Program-made: the position numbers and the translations under genes
The notes under the pieces: model-generated
The model's input: only the letters and a program-made list of their open reading frames with translations
What the model was told of the DNA's origin: nothing
Database searches by the model: none
In this document: positions 16,010 to 24,999 of the stretch, in pieces
Layout: every line of letters begins with the position of its first letter
How positions within the stretch are numbered: position 1 is the stretch's first letter
Virus record (IMG/VR): IMGVR_UViG_3300012953_000161
Location: 1-28,315 of that record
Length of the DNA: 28,315 nt
Source of the DNA: a virus
Taxonomy: Duplodnaviria > Caudoviricetes
Strand: one strand, 5' to 3'

Positions 16010-17056
16010 TTATTTGGACCAACGGGAGAGAGCTTTTACATAAGCATCCATACCCTCATTGATAGGTTCTACGTTTTCTACATCAACATCAGCGGAAGGT
16101 GCAGTTGCAGCTTCTGGTGACTTAGATGAGAAATAAGATTCCCTGAGTGTATCAATTTGCTTTCTGTAACTCTCAGCATCATTAAACTCAACAGCCTCTG
16201 CGAGAGCAGACAATTTTTCGCGTTGCGAAAGGGTCAAACCCTCGGACGCTTCATTCACAATCCCATTCTTAATGTAGGTGCCAATCTCTTTGTTAAGAGT
16301 AACGTTCTCTTCGATTGACTGGTTGAGCTTTGTTTCCATTTGATCTAGTTGAGATGTCATTTCATCTACTAAATCAAGCTTCTCTTCGGGGAGCTCAATA
16401 TGATTCTCCACGAAAACTTTTTTGATTCCGTCAAGGACGTTTTCTGCCATCTCATTCTTGATACCGTGCTCAATAGCAAGGGAGTTGGTATCGATCCAGT
16501 TTTTAACTGAATATGAGAGGTAGTCGTCAACCTTTTCTGCAAGGTCAGACTTGACTTTTTCAATTTCTTCTTCTAAGACTTTTGCATACTCATCATGCAT
16601 GCGTCCTAGTTCTTCGTTTAGACGAGATACGACCGCTGCTTCAAAGATAGTCTTTGCTTTCTCTTTGAATTCTTCACTTAGGTCTTCGCCTTCTGTTAGG
16701 GCTTGAACGTCTGCAGAAAGATCTACTTCGATCACTTCCTTCTCGCTCTCGTCCTCAGCAATTACTTCACCTTCAGGCTCATGTCCCGCTTTAACATCGC
16801 CCTTCATTGAATCTACTGTTTGTCCACTTGCATCAGATGGTTTAGTTGCAGGAGGTGTTGCAGTAGGTCCGCCACCTGTTTTGTACTTGTTAGAGTCATC
16901 ATCAGGTTTGGAATTCATAGGTGTAGGTCCACCAAGATCTTGGTAACCAGGTTGACCTGGTGTGCCTGCTTCAGATTTTGGCATAGGATCAGCTGGTTTC
17001 GCATTCGCTGTCACAGCGTTTTCATCCAGTGATTTTTTATCAATTTTAGACATCAT
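16010..17056 (-). CDS. g22: prohead core scaffolding protein gp22
   Basis: LSEEFKEKAKTIFEAAV, acidic coiled coil, LRESYF and M.AY; lies between g21 and g23. Confidence 0.95.
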   Translation of the reverse strand: MMSKIDKKSLDENAVTANAKPADPMPKSEAGTPGQPGYQDLGGPTPMNSKPDDDSNKYKTGGGPTATPPATKPSDASGQTVDSMKGDVKAGHEPEGEVIAEDESEKEVIEVDLSADVQALTEGEDLSEEFKEKAKTIFEAAVVSRLNEELGRMHDEYAKVLEEEIEKVKSDLAEKVDDYLSYSVKNWIDTNSLAIEHGIKNEMAENVLDGIKKVFVENHIELPEEKLDLVDEMTSQLDQMETKLNQSIEENVTLNKEIGTYIKNGIVNEASEGLTLSQREKLSALAEAVEFNDAESYRKQIDTLRESYFSSKSPEAATAPSADVDVENVEPINEGMDAYVKALSRWSK

Positions 17057-17094
17057 GGTCTCCTAAGTGTACAAAGGGCGGTAATTGCTATAGT

Positions 17095-17102
17095 TATTTA
17101 TA
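17095..17102 (-). promoter_or_regulatory. late promoter TATAAATA for g22-g23
   Basis: Exact consensus in the intergenic region, followed by ACTA. Confidence 0.85.
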
Positions 17103-17104
17103 TA

Positions 17105-17752
17105 TTAGAAACTTTGAAGATAGTCATTAAACGCGGAAAGCTTCCTTTCCTCCATTTGTGACCTCTCTGCATTATCAATTCTATGTTTGATTTGCTCGAT
17201 TGTTTGCTCTGTGACGGCTCCATTTGCATAGATCCATTCTTTTCCTTCCATGATACCATCTACAAAAGCATCAGGTGCGGAAGGATCAGCAACAATATCA
17301 GCAGCAGTTGCAAGCATGAAGTCATCCATTACGACTTTCATACCATTTTCTTCTTTGATAGTCCCCAGTCCTCTAGAGGAAACGCCAAGTTTTACACCTT
17401 CGTCTAGAAGATTCTTAGCAATGTTACCCATAGGAGTGTCGAGGATTCTCGCTTTTCCAACAAAATTGTTTCCCTCATTTTTAAGGGATGTGATTAGATG
17501 TGACACGCGGTCGAGGTTGATAGTCGGTCCGTCTGGATGACCCAACTCTCCTAGTGCACGTCCTTTCTTAATATAAGATTCGTTATATTTATCAACTTCT
17601 CTCTGAAGTGTGGGGATAGGATACATACGACCATTACGATTCTTGATCGCACCTTGAAGAAACACACCTTCTATGAAGTGTCTTTTCTTTCCATCTTTTC
17701 CTTCGGTGATTAAAACCTTAGCGGTTTCAATTTCCTCCCTGATCAGTTTCAT
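17105..17752 (-). CDS. g21: prohead protease gp21
   Basis: IEGVFLQ, NRNGRMY, GELGHP, GVSSRGLG and DIVADPSAPDAFV. Confidence 0.97.
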   Translation of the reverse strand: MKLIREEIETAKVLITEGKDGKKRHFIEGVFLQGAIKNRNGRMYPIPTLQREVDKYNESYIKKGRALGELGHPDGPTINLDRVSHLITSLKNEGNNFVGKARILDTPMGNIAKNLLDEGVKLGVSSRGLGTIKEENGMKVVMDDFMLATAADIVADPSAPDAFVDGIMEGKEWIYANGAVTEQTIEQIKHRIDNAERSQMEERKLSAFNDYLQSF

Positions 17753-18002
17753 CTTTTGATTCCTCTGGTGTTACTTCAGTTTCAGTTTCAGTTGACGCTT
17801 GAGGTGTTTCTGGTTGCTCTTCCGCTTCTGGCTCTTCCACTTCGGGAGGCTCAGGAGCAAGAATAGTTTTACCAACCTCTGCTTTTCTAGCATCGATAGA
17901 GTCTACTGCAGCATCTTTCATTCCAGTTGCAACGTAATCACTTACGTCTTTCTTTCCTGAGAAAAGTGCGTTAACAATATCTAGGGCTGCTTGAGTAGGC
18001 AT
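17727..18002 (-). CDS. small acidic prohead core protein (position of T4 gp67/gp68)
   Basis: E-rich protein between portal and protease with its own late promoter. Confidence 0.65.
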   Translation of the reverse strand: MPTQAALDIVNALFSGKKDVSDYVATGMKDAAVDSIDARKAEVGKTILAPEPPEVEEPEAEEQPETPQASTETETEVTPEESKDETDQGGN

Positions 18003-18023
18003 AACAATAATAAAATATGTAGT

Positions 18024-18031
18024 TATTTATA
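18024..18031 (-). promoter_or_regulatory. late promoter TATAAATA overlapping the g20 stop codon
   Basis: Exact consensus followed by ACTA. Confidence 0.8.
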
Positions 18032-19661
18032 TATTTCCTTTATCGTAGTCTGCGGGATCTATCCCTTGCTCCTCTGCAGGAGGCTCTGGGGGTTGTAATG
18101 CCATCTCCATTTGCTGCAATTCTAGTTGCTGCATTTGCACTGGAGAGACTAACATTCCTGCTTTTATCTCTTCTGCCATTTGCTCATCTATTTCGTTGAA
18201 TTCATTCTCTGTTTGACGGAGAATTTGACGTCTTAGATATTCAAGTGAGAAGTATTTGCCCGCAAAAGGATCCATTTGTTGTAGCAAAGCAAGTCTTTCT
18301 GTTAAGATTTCCTGTGCTTTAAGCTCTGAGAAGTAGTTATCTGCAACGTAATCGTATTGGATATGCTCCTTCATGTCCTCCCATTCCTCTAAGGAAATAA
18401 CTCCTTTAAGGACTAGTTGGGTTTTAAGTAGATCGCTGAAAAGATCGCTAAATCTTTTGCGGAGTCTGACTATGAATTTTTGGAATTTAACTTCATCTCT
18501 GGTGATCTCTGCGGATCTACCAACGTTGAAGGTGTTGTCTGATTCTAATCTAGACTCGGGGACGTTAAGTGAGCGATAAAGTTTCTTTTGGAAATACTTT
18601 ACATCCTCTAACTCACCTAGGTTTTGTCCACCTGGTAGTGTAGAGATCTCTGTGCCTCTGCCCCCTTCACGTCTTGGTAGCCAGAAATCTTCTAGCATAG
18701 ACATGAATTTCTTGTCGTCTCGAATCTCCCCAGTGTCTGCGTTATACACTAGTTTGTTTCTGTATCGACTCATTACCTCGCGGAGATATTGCTCTGCTTT
18801 TTGTTTAGGTAAATTTCCTACATCGATATAGAAGATTCTTCTTTCGGGTGCTCTGGATAGACGATAGATAACCAGAGAATCCTCAATCATTCTAAGTTGA
18901 TTGAGTGCCTTGATTGACTTATGTAGATGAGATAAGACAATATTTCTATTCATGTCCCTCTTACCAGAGTGGACATAGGTGATCGCGTCAGGTGCAATCT
19001 TCACACCTTTATTTTCAAATCCACGCAATCCTTTAGGAGCATATATGTAATACTCTAGAGATTTAGGGACTAAGGAATCTCCCTGTGGATCGCCAGGTCC
19101 GTTTGCTAGACCTGATGCACCTTTACCTCTGTCAAATTCAACAACCTTTTTGATTTTACGAGGGTCGATGTATCTTAATTCCGTAATACCTTCAGAAGGT
19201 TTCTCGGGATTAATCATCTTGTGGTAGAAAAGTCTACCATCGATATACCATCTACGGAATATATCGTATGCTCTTCTATCAAAATCTAATAGAGAAAGGA
19301 CGTTTTCAAACTCCTCTCTGATTCTTTTCTTCAAAGAATCGCTTGCCTGCAGGTGTGACAACTCAATGTCAATAGGATGATCATCCAACTCGCCAGCTAT
19401 AGCCTCATTTACAATATCGTTGATAGCAGCATCCGCTTCTGGGTGCAAACTCATCTCACGATATCTACCAATGAGATCCATTTCCGTGCCTTTAGATGAC
19501 TCTTTGTCACCAAAGTCCACGTACTGTCCGAAATAACCACCTGCTACAATAGGTTCGGCAGCATCTTCACTATCTTTACGCACGAAAGAAGGACCCTTGG
19601 GATTAATCTTCCCAGAGCCCTTCTTCTTGCGATCAAGAGAATAACCAAATAATTGTGCCAT
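18027..19661 (-). CDS. g20: portal protein gp20
   Basis: FRRWYIDGR, RAPERRIFYIDVGNLPK and EDFWLPRREGGRGTEISTLPGG. Confidence 0.99.
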   Translation of the reverse strand: MAQLFGYSLDRKKKGSGKINPKGPSFVRKDSEDAAEPIVAGGYFGQYVDFGDKESSKGTEMDLIGRYREMSLHPEADAAINDIVNEAIAGELDDHPIDIELSHLQASDSLKKRIREEFENVLSLLDFDRRAYDIFRRWYIDGRLFYHKMINPEKPSEGITELRYIDPRKIKKVVEFDRGKGASGLANGPGDPQGDSLVPKSLEYYIYAPKGLRGFENKGVKIAPDAITYVHSGKRDMNRNIVLSHLHKSIKALNQLRMIEDSLVIYRLSRAPERRIFYIDVGNLPKQKAEQYLREVMSRYRNKLVYNADTGEIRDDKKFMSMLEDFWLPRREGGRGTEISTLPGGQNLGELEDVKYFQKKLYRSLNVPESRLESDNTFNVGRSAEITRDEVKFQKFIVRLRKRFSDLFSDLLKTQLVLKGVISLEEWEDMKEHIQYDYVADNYFSELKAQEILTERLALLQQMDPFAGKYFSLEYLRRQILRQTENEFNEIDEQMAEEIKAGMLVSPVQMQQLELQQMEMALQPPEPPAEEQGIDPADYDKGNI

Positions 19662-19685
19662 TCAAAAATGTAACTAGGTTATAGT

Positions 19686-19692
19686 TATTTAG
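19686..19692 (-). promoter_or_regulatory. late promoter variant CTAAATA for g20
   Basis: Intergenic CTAAATAACTA, 24 nt upstream of the ATG. Confidence 0.75.
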
Positions 19693-19705
19693 CGACTTCC
19701 AAAAA

Positions 19706-20353
19706 CTAGTTTTTAGGAACGTGGTGTGCTGCGTTAACGTCTGACGCATAAGTCCAGTACTGAACCTGAAACTCAACTGTGTATTCTTCTGGTGTATCGT
19801 TGCTATCCCATGCAAGATCGATTGCTGAGATGTTACTTGGCCAGATACCTTCAAACTTGTATGCTCTAGTTTGCTCAGATTGTCTGTCATACTGACGGAC
19901 GATCGCTGCAGTTTGATAGTTAGCAGGTGAATCAAATGACTGGAAGTTTTGTTGTAGTGCTTGGATCTGTGTAGACCAATTCTCCAACTGATTTCTAATC
20001 ACGAAGTTAGCGTCGTTAAGGACTGTAACTGTCCATGGCTCGAATGTCCTGTCTCCTGCGATTTTAATTGTCCTTCCTCTGTAAGGAACTTCAATTACAC
20101 CAACAGTAGATGCGGGAATGTTTGCTGCTTTAACTAGAAGTGTTGCAAGGTTTCCACCGAAAGGTGCACTTGCTGCTTCTGTTTCTGCTGCGTCTGCTGC
20201 ACCACCGCTTCCTCCGATGTTTGCAGTGCCTGTAAGTTGAGGGAAAGTTAACTCTACTTGGAAGAGATTAGGGCGGGCAAGATCCCCAATCTTATTTCTA
20301 AAGTCGAAAATAGGAGAGTTAATCTGCCCCCCTTCGACGTTATTAATTGCCAT
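19706..20353 (-). CDS. g19: tail tube protein gp19
   Basis: ARPNLFQV, IEVPYRGRTIKIAGDRTFEPWTVTV and EEYTVEFQVQYW. Confidence 0.97.
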   Translation of the reverse strand: MAINNVEGGQINSPIFDFRNKIGDLARPNLFQVELTFPQLTGTANIGGSGGAADAAETEAASAPFGGNLATLLVKAANIPASTVGVIEVPYRGRTIKIAGDRTFEPWTVTVLNDANFVIRNQLENWSTQIQALQQNFQSFDSPANYQTAAIVRQYDRQSEQTRAYKFEGIWPSNISAIDLAWDSNDTPEEYTVEFQVQYWTYASDVNAAHHVPKN

Positions 20354-20406
20354 TTTAAATGTCTCCTATTTTTGTGAATTGACTACGAAGTCGTAGCACG
20401 GTTTAC

Positions 20407-23178
20407 TTAGGTTGCAACCTCAGAGAAACTAGCCCCTGTCCTTGTTGCTGTAAATGTAAGTGTGATGAAGTTAATAGATCTAGTAGGTTTGATGAAGATC
20501 TCTGCGTAGAATTCACCTCTGTCAATAGACTCAGGTGGGTTGTTTGTGCTGTCACATACAACCAAGAAATCAGTAACACCACGACGTGATTGTACGGATC
20601 TCATGAAAGGTTCTACGATATTCTTGAAACCTTGGCGAGTAAACTCGTCATTCAATTCAAAAAGTTGTGTCTTAGCAGCCTGTGCGATTGCTCCTTCTAA
20701 TACTAAGAAGAGGCGTCTTACGTTGATTCTATCGAATGCAGACTGATATGATAGTGCAGTCTTGTCTCCGAAGAGGACGATTCCTTCGCCAGGGAATGCA
20801 ACAACTGGGTTGACTCTAGCAGCGTATAGTCTGTCTCTGTGATCCTTTAGAGGTGAGTAAGCAAGTTTAACTGCGTTACGAAGTTGACCTCTATTGAAAC
20901 CTGCAGGTGAGAACCATGGCTCCTGATTTAGAGTTGTGCTAAGTGTTAGACCTGCAACGTCAGCATTACATGGAATGTAACGATAGACATCGTTGTAACG
21001 GTCATAGATGTATTTGTAGTTATTGTCAAATACTGCGTATGAGCTAGATGATAGTTGATCAAAGAAACTAATAGTCTTGTCAACAATATCTGTAGTGGAA
21101 GAGATTCCGATCACGTCACCTCTGTAAGGTGAGATGAATGCCATGCAATCTTTACGAGTGCTTGCAATATCGATAACCTTCTGTGCCTTAGCGATTGTAT
21201 CACTTAGGTTGCTCATTGAAGGACCCATGAGGACGTAATCTACTTCCTCAGTTTCAGCGTCTCCGAATAAATCATATCCAGAAAGAAGTGAAGGTCTGTC
21301 AACAGTGTATCCATCTACTCCACCTTGTAGGTGATACTTGATGGTGCCGTTATTCTTAGTCCCGATAACAGGAATACTATTTGGATCAAGACCAGTAATG
21401 TTGTCTCCACCGTAAAGTGCAGCGTCTGCCTTGATCAAGTCAAAGTCACGGTTAGTTACGCTTCCACCCCATGATCCGTCGGCTGTGCCTGAGCGGTCAA
21501 AGATGTTAGCAGATTCGTGAGATCCCCAGTAAATATAGGAGGATTGATTCATCAAAACATCGACGTAGTATAGTGACTCACCTTGTGGTGACTTAGCGTC
21601 TGATGCTTTTGAAAGGTTTGTAAACTTCTCTAGAAGTGCTCCTGGTGTGCCTGTTAGTGCACCGTCGCCATCTAAGACAAGTACGTGTAGTAGATCTCTG
21701 TATCCACCACGGTCATCTGCCCATGCAGATGTAGAAGGACGAGGAGCGATGTTGATCCACTTCTCGTTGTAACCATACATTCTTGACTCATAGTCACTAC
21801 CGACTGCGATAGCAGATACGTTAGCAGCGTTTCCGTCAACAACAACTTGGTTTGCTTGGAATAGAGGTGATGTTTTGTTTAGAGATACTCTTAATTCTCT
21901 TGAGATAGATGCAATCTTACCTGATGTGCCAGTTGCAGATCCAGGTGATCCACCGTTGTTTGCCAACTCAGTAATTGTGTCGCCAACTTCCCAGTAGTCT
22001 GATGCAGTGCCATCAACACTGATTTCAACTTTCTGTGTCTCTTTGTCGTATGCAACGATACCACCAGTGATGTTACCAGAAAGACCAGTGTAGAAGTTAG
22101 AAGCAACGAAGTTACCAACTAGAGTTGCATTCTCTTCAAGTGTAAGCACTACAGTGTAAGAATAAACTTTACCGTAGATGTTAGCAGCAGAGTAAGAAAT
22201 CTCCGCACCTGTTGTAAATGCCCACTCAGCAGATCCTGGTTGTGCACAATATAGCACTTGGTCTGCACCTGCGTCAGTCATTACAACTCTAAGACTGTTT
22301 CCGTGTGTGCCTGCTGTTTTACCTGCCCACTTCCAGTTGTTAGAAGCATCTTTAACTGTTGACTCGTAAGCGTCAAGATTCTTAATTAATGGAGAAGTAA
22401 CACCTGTAGATGTTTGCTCATTAATTGTTGTCTTATTACTTGAGACAGTTAGGAGTGTGATTGTTGATCCATCAGTGTGTGCTGCTGCAGTAGTGCTTAA
22501 TGCTGCACGAGTCACAGTTAGGTCGTTACCTACGACAGCTGAGACTTGAAGGATTTCATCGTCAATTCTGATGTATGAGTTAGTACCTGCACCAAGAGTA
22601 GCAACTGAAGCAACCGATAATGTTGTATCTGAGTCAGTGAATGTCCCGCCTTCGTTAACTGTTGAAGTAGATCCTGCTGTTTCAATCAGTGTAACTTGTG
22701 ATCCTGCTGCGTGTGAAACTCCAGATGTCTGTAGTTGTCCACGAGTAACAACCGCATCGTTTCCGTTTACAGATCCGACTGATACGATTTCAGCGTCGAT
22801 CAATAAAAGGTCTGCAACGTCAAAGTCTGTTGTAGAAGTAACCGTTAGAGTTGTATCAGTAGCACTGAATGTAGTATTAGTAAACTGTGCTGTGTCAATG
22901 GCATTCTTAAGTGAGTTGCTCATTGCACGGACAATCTTCATGGTGCCACCATAAAGAAGGTATTGTGCTGCACTAAACCAATACTCAAAGTTTGAGTTAT
23001 TTGGTCTACCAAATATTGCGAGAAGCTCTTTCTCACTAGTTACCGAGGTAATTTGCTCTACTGGTCCTTTTTCAAAACTACCAACGAGTGATGCTACATT
23101 ATCTACTGTAGCGTTAACAACGTTAGTTAGATCTCTTTCCAGTACAACAACACCTGGTGAAAGCTGCGTTGATGCCAT
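20407..23178 (-). CDS. g18: tail sheath protein gp18 (long, 923 aa)
   Basis: LSPGVVVLERDLT, PWFSPAGFNRG, FGDKT, SAFDRINVRRLF and FIKPTRSINFITL. Confidence 0.97.
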   Translation of the reverse strand: MASTQLSPGVVVLERDLTNVVNATVDNVASLVGSFEKGPVEQITSVTSEKELLAIFGRPNNSNFEYWFSAAQYLLYGGTMKIVRAMSNSLKNAIDTAQFTNTTFSATDTTLTVTSTTDFDVADLLLIDAEIVSVGSVNGNDAVVTRGQLQTSGVSHAAGSQVTLIETAGSTSTVNEGGTFTDSDTTLSVASVATLGAGTNSYIRIDDEILQVSAVVGNDLTVTRAALSTTAAAHTDGSTITLLTVSSNKTTINEQTSTGVTSPLIKNLDAYESTVKDASNNWKWAGKTAGTHGNSLRVVMTDAGADQVLYCAQPGSAEWAFTTGAEISYSAANIYGKVYSYTVVLTLEENATLVGNFVASNFYTGLSGNITGGIVAYDKETQKVEISVDGTASDYWEVGDTITELANNGGSPGSATGTSGKIASISRELRVSLNKTSPLFQANQVVVDGNAANVSAIAVGSDYESRMYGYNEKWINIAPRPSTSAWADDRGGYRDLLHVLVLDGDGALTGTPGALLEKFTNLSKASDAKSPQGESLYYVDVLMNQSSYIYWGSHESANIFDRSGTADGSWGGSVTNRDFDLIKADAALYGGDNITGLDPNSIPVIGTKNNGTIKYHLQGGVDGYTVDRPSLLSGYDLFGDAETEEVDYVLMGPSMSNLSDTIAKAQKVIDIASTRKDCMAFISPYRGDVIGISSTTDIVDKTISFFDQLSSSSYAVFDNNYKYIYDRYNDVYRYIPCNADVAGLTLSTTLNQEPWFSPAGFNRGQLRNAVKLAYSPLKDHRDRLYAARVNPVVAFPGEGIVLFGDKTALSYQSAFDRINVRRLFLVLEGAIAQAAKTQLFELNDEFTRQGFKNIVEPFMRSVQSRRGVTDFLVVCDSTNNPPESIDRGEFYAEIFIKPTRSINFITLTFTATRTGASFSEVAT
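22414..22875 (-). repeat. two tandem ~77-aa protein repeats inside gp18 (aa ~102-177 and ~178-255)
   Basis: TF...DTTL.V.S...IDxEI..V..V.GND..VTR..L.T....H..GS..TL...T.NE occurs twice. Confidence 0.85.
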
Positions 23179-23219
23179 GTTTGTATACTCCTAGAACGGG
23201 TCAATACGGATGCTATTAG

Positions 23220-23226
23220 TATTTAG
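23220..23226 (-). promoter_or_regulatory. late promoter variant CTAAATA for g18
   Basis: Intergenic, about 40 nt upstream of g18, which has an AGGAG RBS. Confidence 0.7.
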
Positions 23227-23267
23227 AAAAACTCATGTTTTCAGAGGGGAAACGTGACGTGAGCATA

Positions 23268-23492
23268 CTACCAGTCAGGATAGTCACATTCTTTACGTTT
23301 GATTTTTTTCTTTCTATTCTTCCTAATTCTATTAACTGTGCATTCCTTACACTCATATGAATATGCGGATGGTATATGTCCTCTGTCTCTCCTAGTCCAA
23401 TAAAAACCGTCAATGAGGTCAAACGTCCTAAGACATCTCCTACACTGACGGTCTACAAATAGTAGATGCTCTAACTCTAAATCATTCTTCAT
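23268..23492 (-). CDS. small CxxC...CxxC zinc-binding protein
   Basis: CRRC...DGFY...SAYSYECKEC...YPDW; typical ORF before g18 in cyanomyophages. Start set at MKNDLELEH. Confidence 0.75.
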   Translation of the reverse strand: MKNDLELEHLLFVDRQCRRCLRTFDLIDGFYWTRRDRGHIPSAYSYECKECTVNRIRKNRKKKIKRKECDYPDW

Positions 23493-23586
23493 TCTTTCTT
23501 GCCCAGTATCCAAACACTACACCTGCAGTGAAGATTACCAAGACAAAAAGTGTTTGTGCTGCTGATCCTAAGAATGTCTCAATCAT
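23482..23586 (-). CDS. 34-aa single-TM microprotein (MIETFLGSAAQTLFVLVIFTAGVVFGYWARKNEE)
   Basis: Read by hand; overlaps both neighbours by 8-11 nt; AGGGG upstream. Confidence 0.7.
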   Translation of the reverse strand: MIETFLGSAAQTLFVLVIFTAGVVFGYWARKNEE

Positions 23587-23890
23587 TGTGCCCCTGCTTA
23601 CTCTTAATATCCATCATGATCCAACGTGGCAGATAGAAGATCATAAATGCACCCAACCAAAACACACACAGTGCTATGAAATGTGCCATCCTATTAGGAT
23701 TTACAATCAACCCTAGTGTTACTAGACCCATCCAGAGATAGTCTAGAGTGCCATGCAGTCTATACCATATATTCTCACCCAACTTCTTGATAACCTTATC
23801 TCTTAGTCTAGCAAAGAAAGGTGATACATGTCTCATCATAACGAAACCTTCGTTAAAAAACATGATGAGGAATCCAATTTTAAAAATCAT
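23579..23890 (-). CDS. multi-pass membrane protein
   Basis: Two to three hydrophobic segments; ATGA-coupled start at 23890 with GGGGGAG upstream. Confidence 0.7.
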   Translation of the reverse strand: MIFKIGFLIMFFNEGFVMMRHVSPFFARLRDKVIKKLGENIWYRLHGTLDYLWMGLVTLGLIVNPNRMAHFIALCVFWLGAFMIFYLPRWIMMDIKSKQGHND

Positions 23891-24162
23891 TTCTCCCCCT
23901 CTTGCTTTGTCCACTCTTTCATGTATTGCTCTCTACCATCTTCCAAAAACTTTTTCTTTTCATAATCATAATAAGGATGTGGTGCAGCACTTACAACAGG
24001 ACTCTTGGATTTGTTTTTGATAACGATAAATCTATCAGCAGCAAATGTCCCTGCTAATTGCACCTCAATCTCATCTCCATCTTTCCAGTTGATACTACCA
24101 TCTTTCTTGGTATGAAGCATTGCTTCTTGTATCTGGTCAATAATGTCTTGTGTTAATTCCAT
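23887..24162 (-). CDS. hypothetical protein, 91 aa
   Basis: Tightly packed ORF in the g17-g18 island. Confidence 0.75.
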   Translation of the reverse strand: MELTQDIIDQIQEAMLHTKKDGSINWKDGDEIEVQLAGTFAADRFIVIKNKSKSPVVSAAPHPYYDYEKKKFLEDGREQYMKEWTKQEGEK

Positions 24163-24314
24163 ACTCTAGTTAGTTGTCTCACGTCATCGACACCATAGAT
24201 CGATTTGACTGTTTGTAATGCATCCTCTCTCAGATTAGAGGGACACTTAAATTTAACTTTCTGCAGTCTGTTGCTTGGCAACAGTATCTGTGCTGTCCAT
24301 AAGCTTGTAATCAT
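24153..24314 (-). CDS. 53-aa hypothetical protein (MITSLWTAQILLPSNRLQKVKFKCPSNLREDALQTVKSIYGVDDVRQLTRVWN)
   Basis: Read by hand; fills the otherwise empty 24163-24252 gap. Confidence 0.65.
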   Translation of the reverse strand: MITSLWTAQILLPSNRLQKVKFKCPSNLREDALQTVKSIYGVDDVRQLTRVWN

Positions 24315-24549
24315 ACTTGGTTAAGTCGCATTCGATAGTCGGCATACCTTCGTGTTTTTCTCTGGTAGGTTGTCCTATCTTCTGTAGGATGTCACCAGGT
24401 ATTTTCTTCTTAGATATGTCATAAGGTATAGGTGCGTTTGCTACACACACTCTAATGCATTCCATTTCTTCCTCAGTAAAAACAGGAAGTTTGTTAGCAG
24501 TCATACCTTTGTAAACTCTTTTAGTCAATACGTCCCTCGGTAAAGCCAT
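24253..24549 (-). CDS. hypothetical protein (start may be 24504)
   Basis: From the ORF track; packed in the island. Confidence 0.65.
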   Translation of the reverse strand: MALPRDVLTKRVYKGMTANKLPVFTEEEMECIRVCVANAPIPYDISKKKIPGDILQKIGQPTREKHEGMPTIECDLTKYDYKLMDSTDTVAKQQTAES

Positions 24550-24800
24550 TCAGTTGATCCGTCTTCACCTATAACAATTTCAGATTCATCTTCTGGAAAG
24601 TCATAAGGACCATCAAGTTTTTTCTGATGCTCTCTCTCATCTAACACCTCATTGATGAGTTGCTTTAACTCTACCTTAAGTGAGTCAGATATAAGATTAA
24701 GTTTGTTTACCTTCAAGGGAGGAATAGCAGCACGTTGCTCTTCGAGTGATTTACCACTCTCTTTACTGCCATATGACATGCCTTGGGTATCAATCGTCAT
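24525..24800 (-). CDS. hypothetical protein (MTIDTQGMSY...)
   Basis: Start trimmed to avoid a long overlap with psbN. Confidence 0.7.
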   Translation of the reverse strand: MTIDTQGMSYGSKESGKSLEEQRAAIPPLKVNKLNLISDSLKVELKQLINEVLDEREHQKKLDGPYDFPEDESEIVIGEDGSTEWLYRGTY

Positions 24801-24999
24801 GATCATCCCAAGGATCTGACAATCCTTTATTAGCAAAGAATCCTCTATAGACTCCAAAACCTGCCAACAGCACAGTAAATACTGCTACTGATATTGGAAA
24901 CGTAAAGTTTGGGTCATAGTTTGCGTGAGGTATAAGTGCGTCACACTTTGTCCATGTGCCAGGTAATGTATACACTGGTGGACAAGAAATAAAAATCAT
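24790..24999 (-). CDS. psbN: PsbN-like photosystem assembly factor with N-terminal extension
   Basis: TM helix ending GFGVYRGF, then L.DPWDDHDD, matching the PsbN signature G(Y/F)xxYxxFG...LxDP(F/W)(D/E)(D/E)HxD. ATGA-coupled to g17. Confidence 0.82.
   Translation of the reverse strand: MIFISCPPVYTLPGTWTKCDALIPHANYDPNFTFPISVAVFTVLLAGFGVYRGFFANKGLSDPWDDHDD

Noticed and set aside
16009-16019. CCAAATA as a dedicated g23 late promoter
   Set aside because: It has two mismatches to TATAAATA, and g23 can be transcribed from the promoter at 17095-17102.
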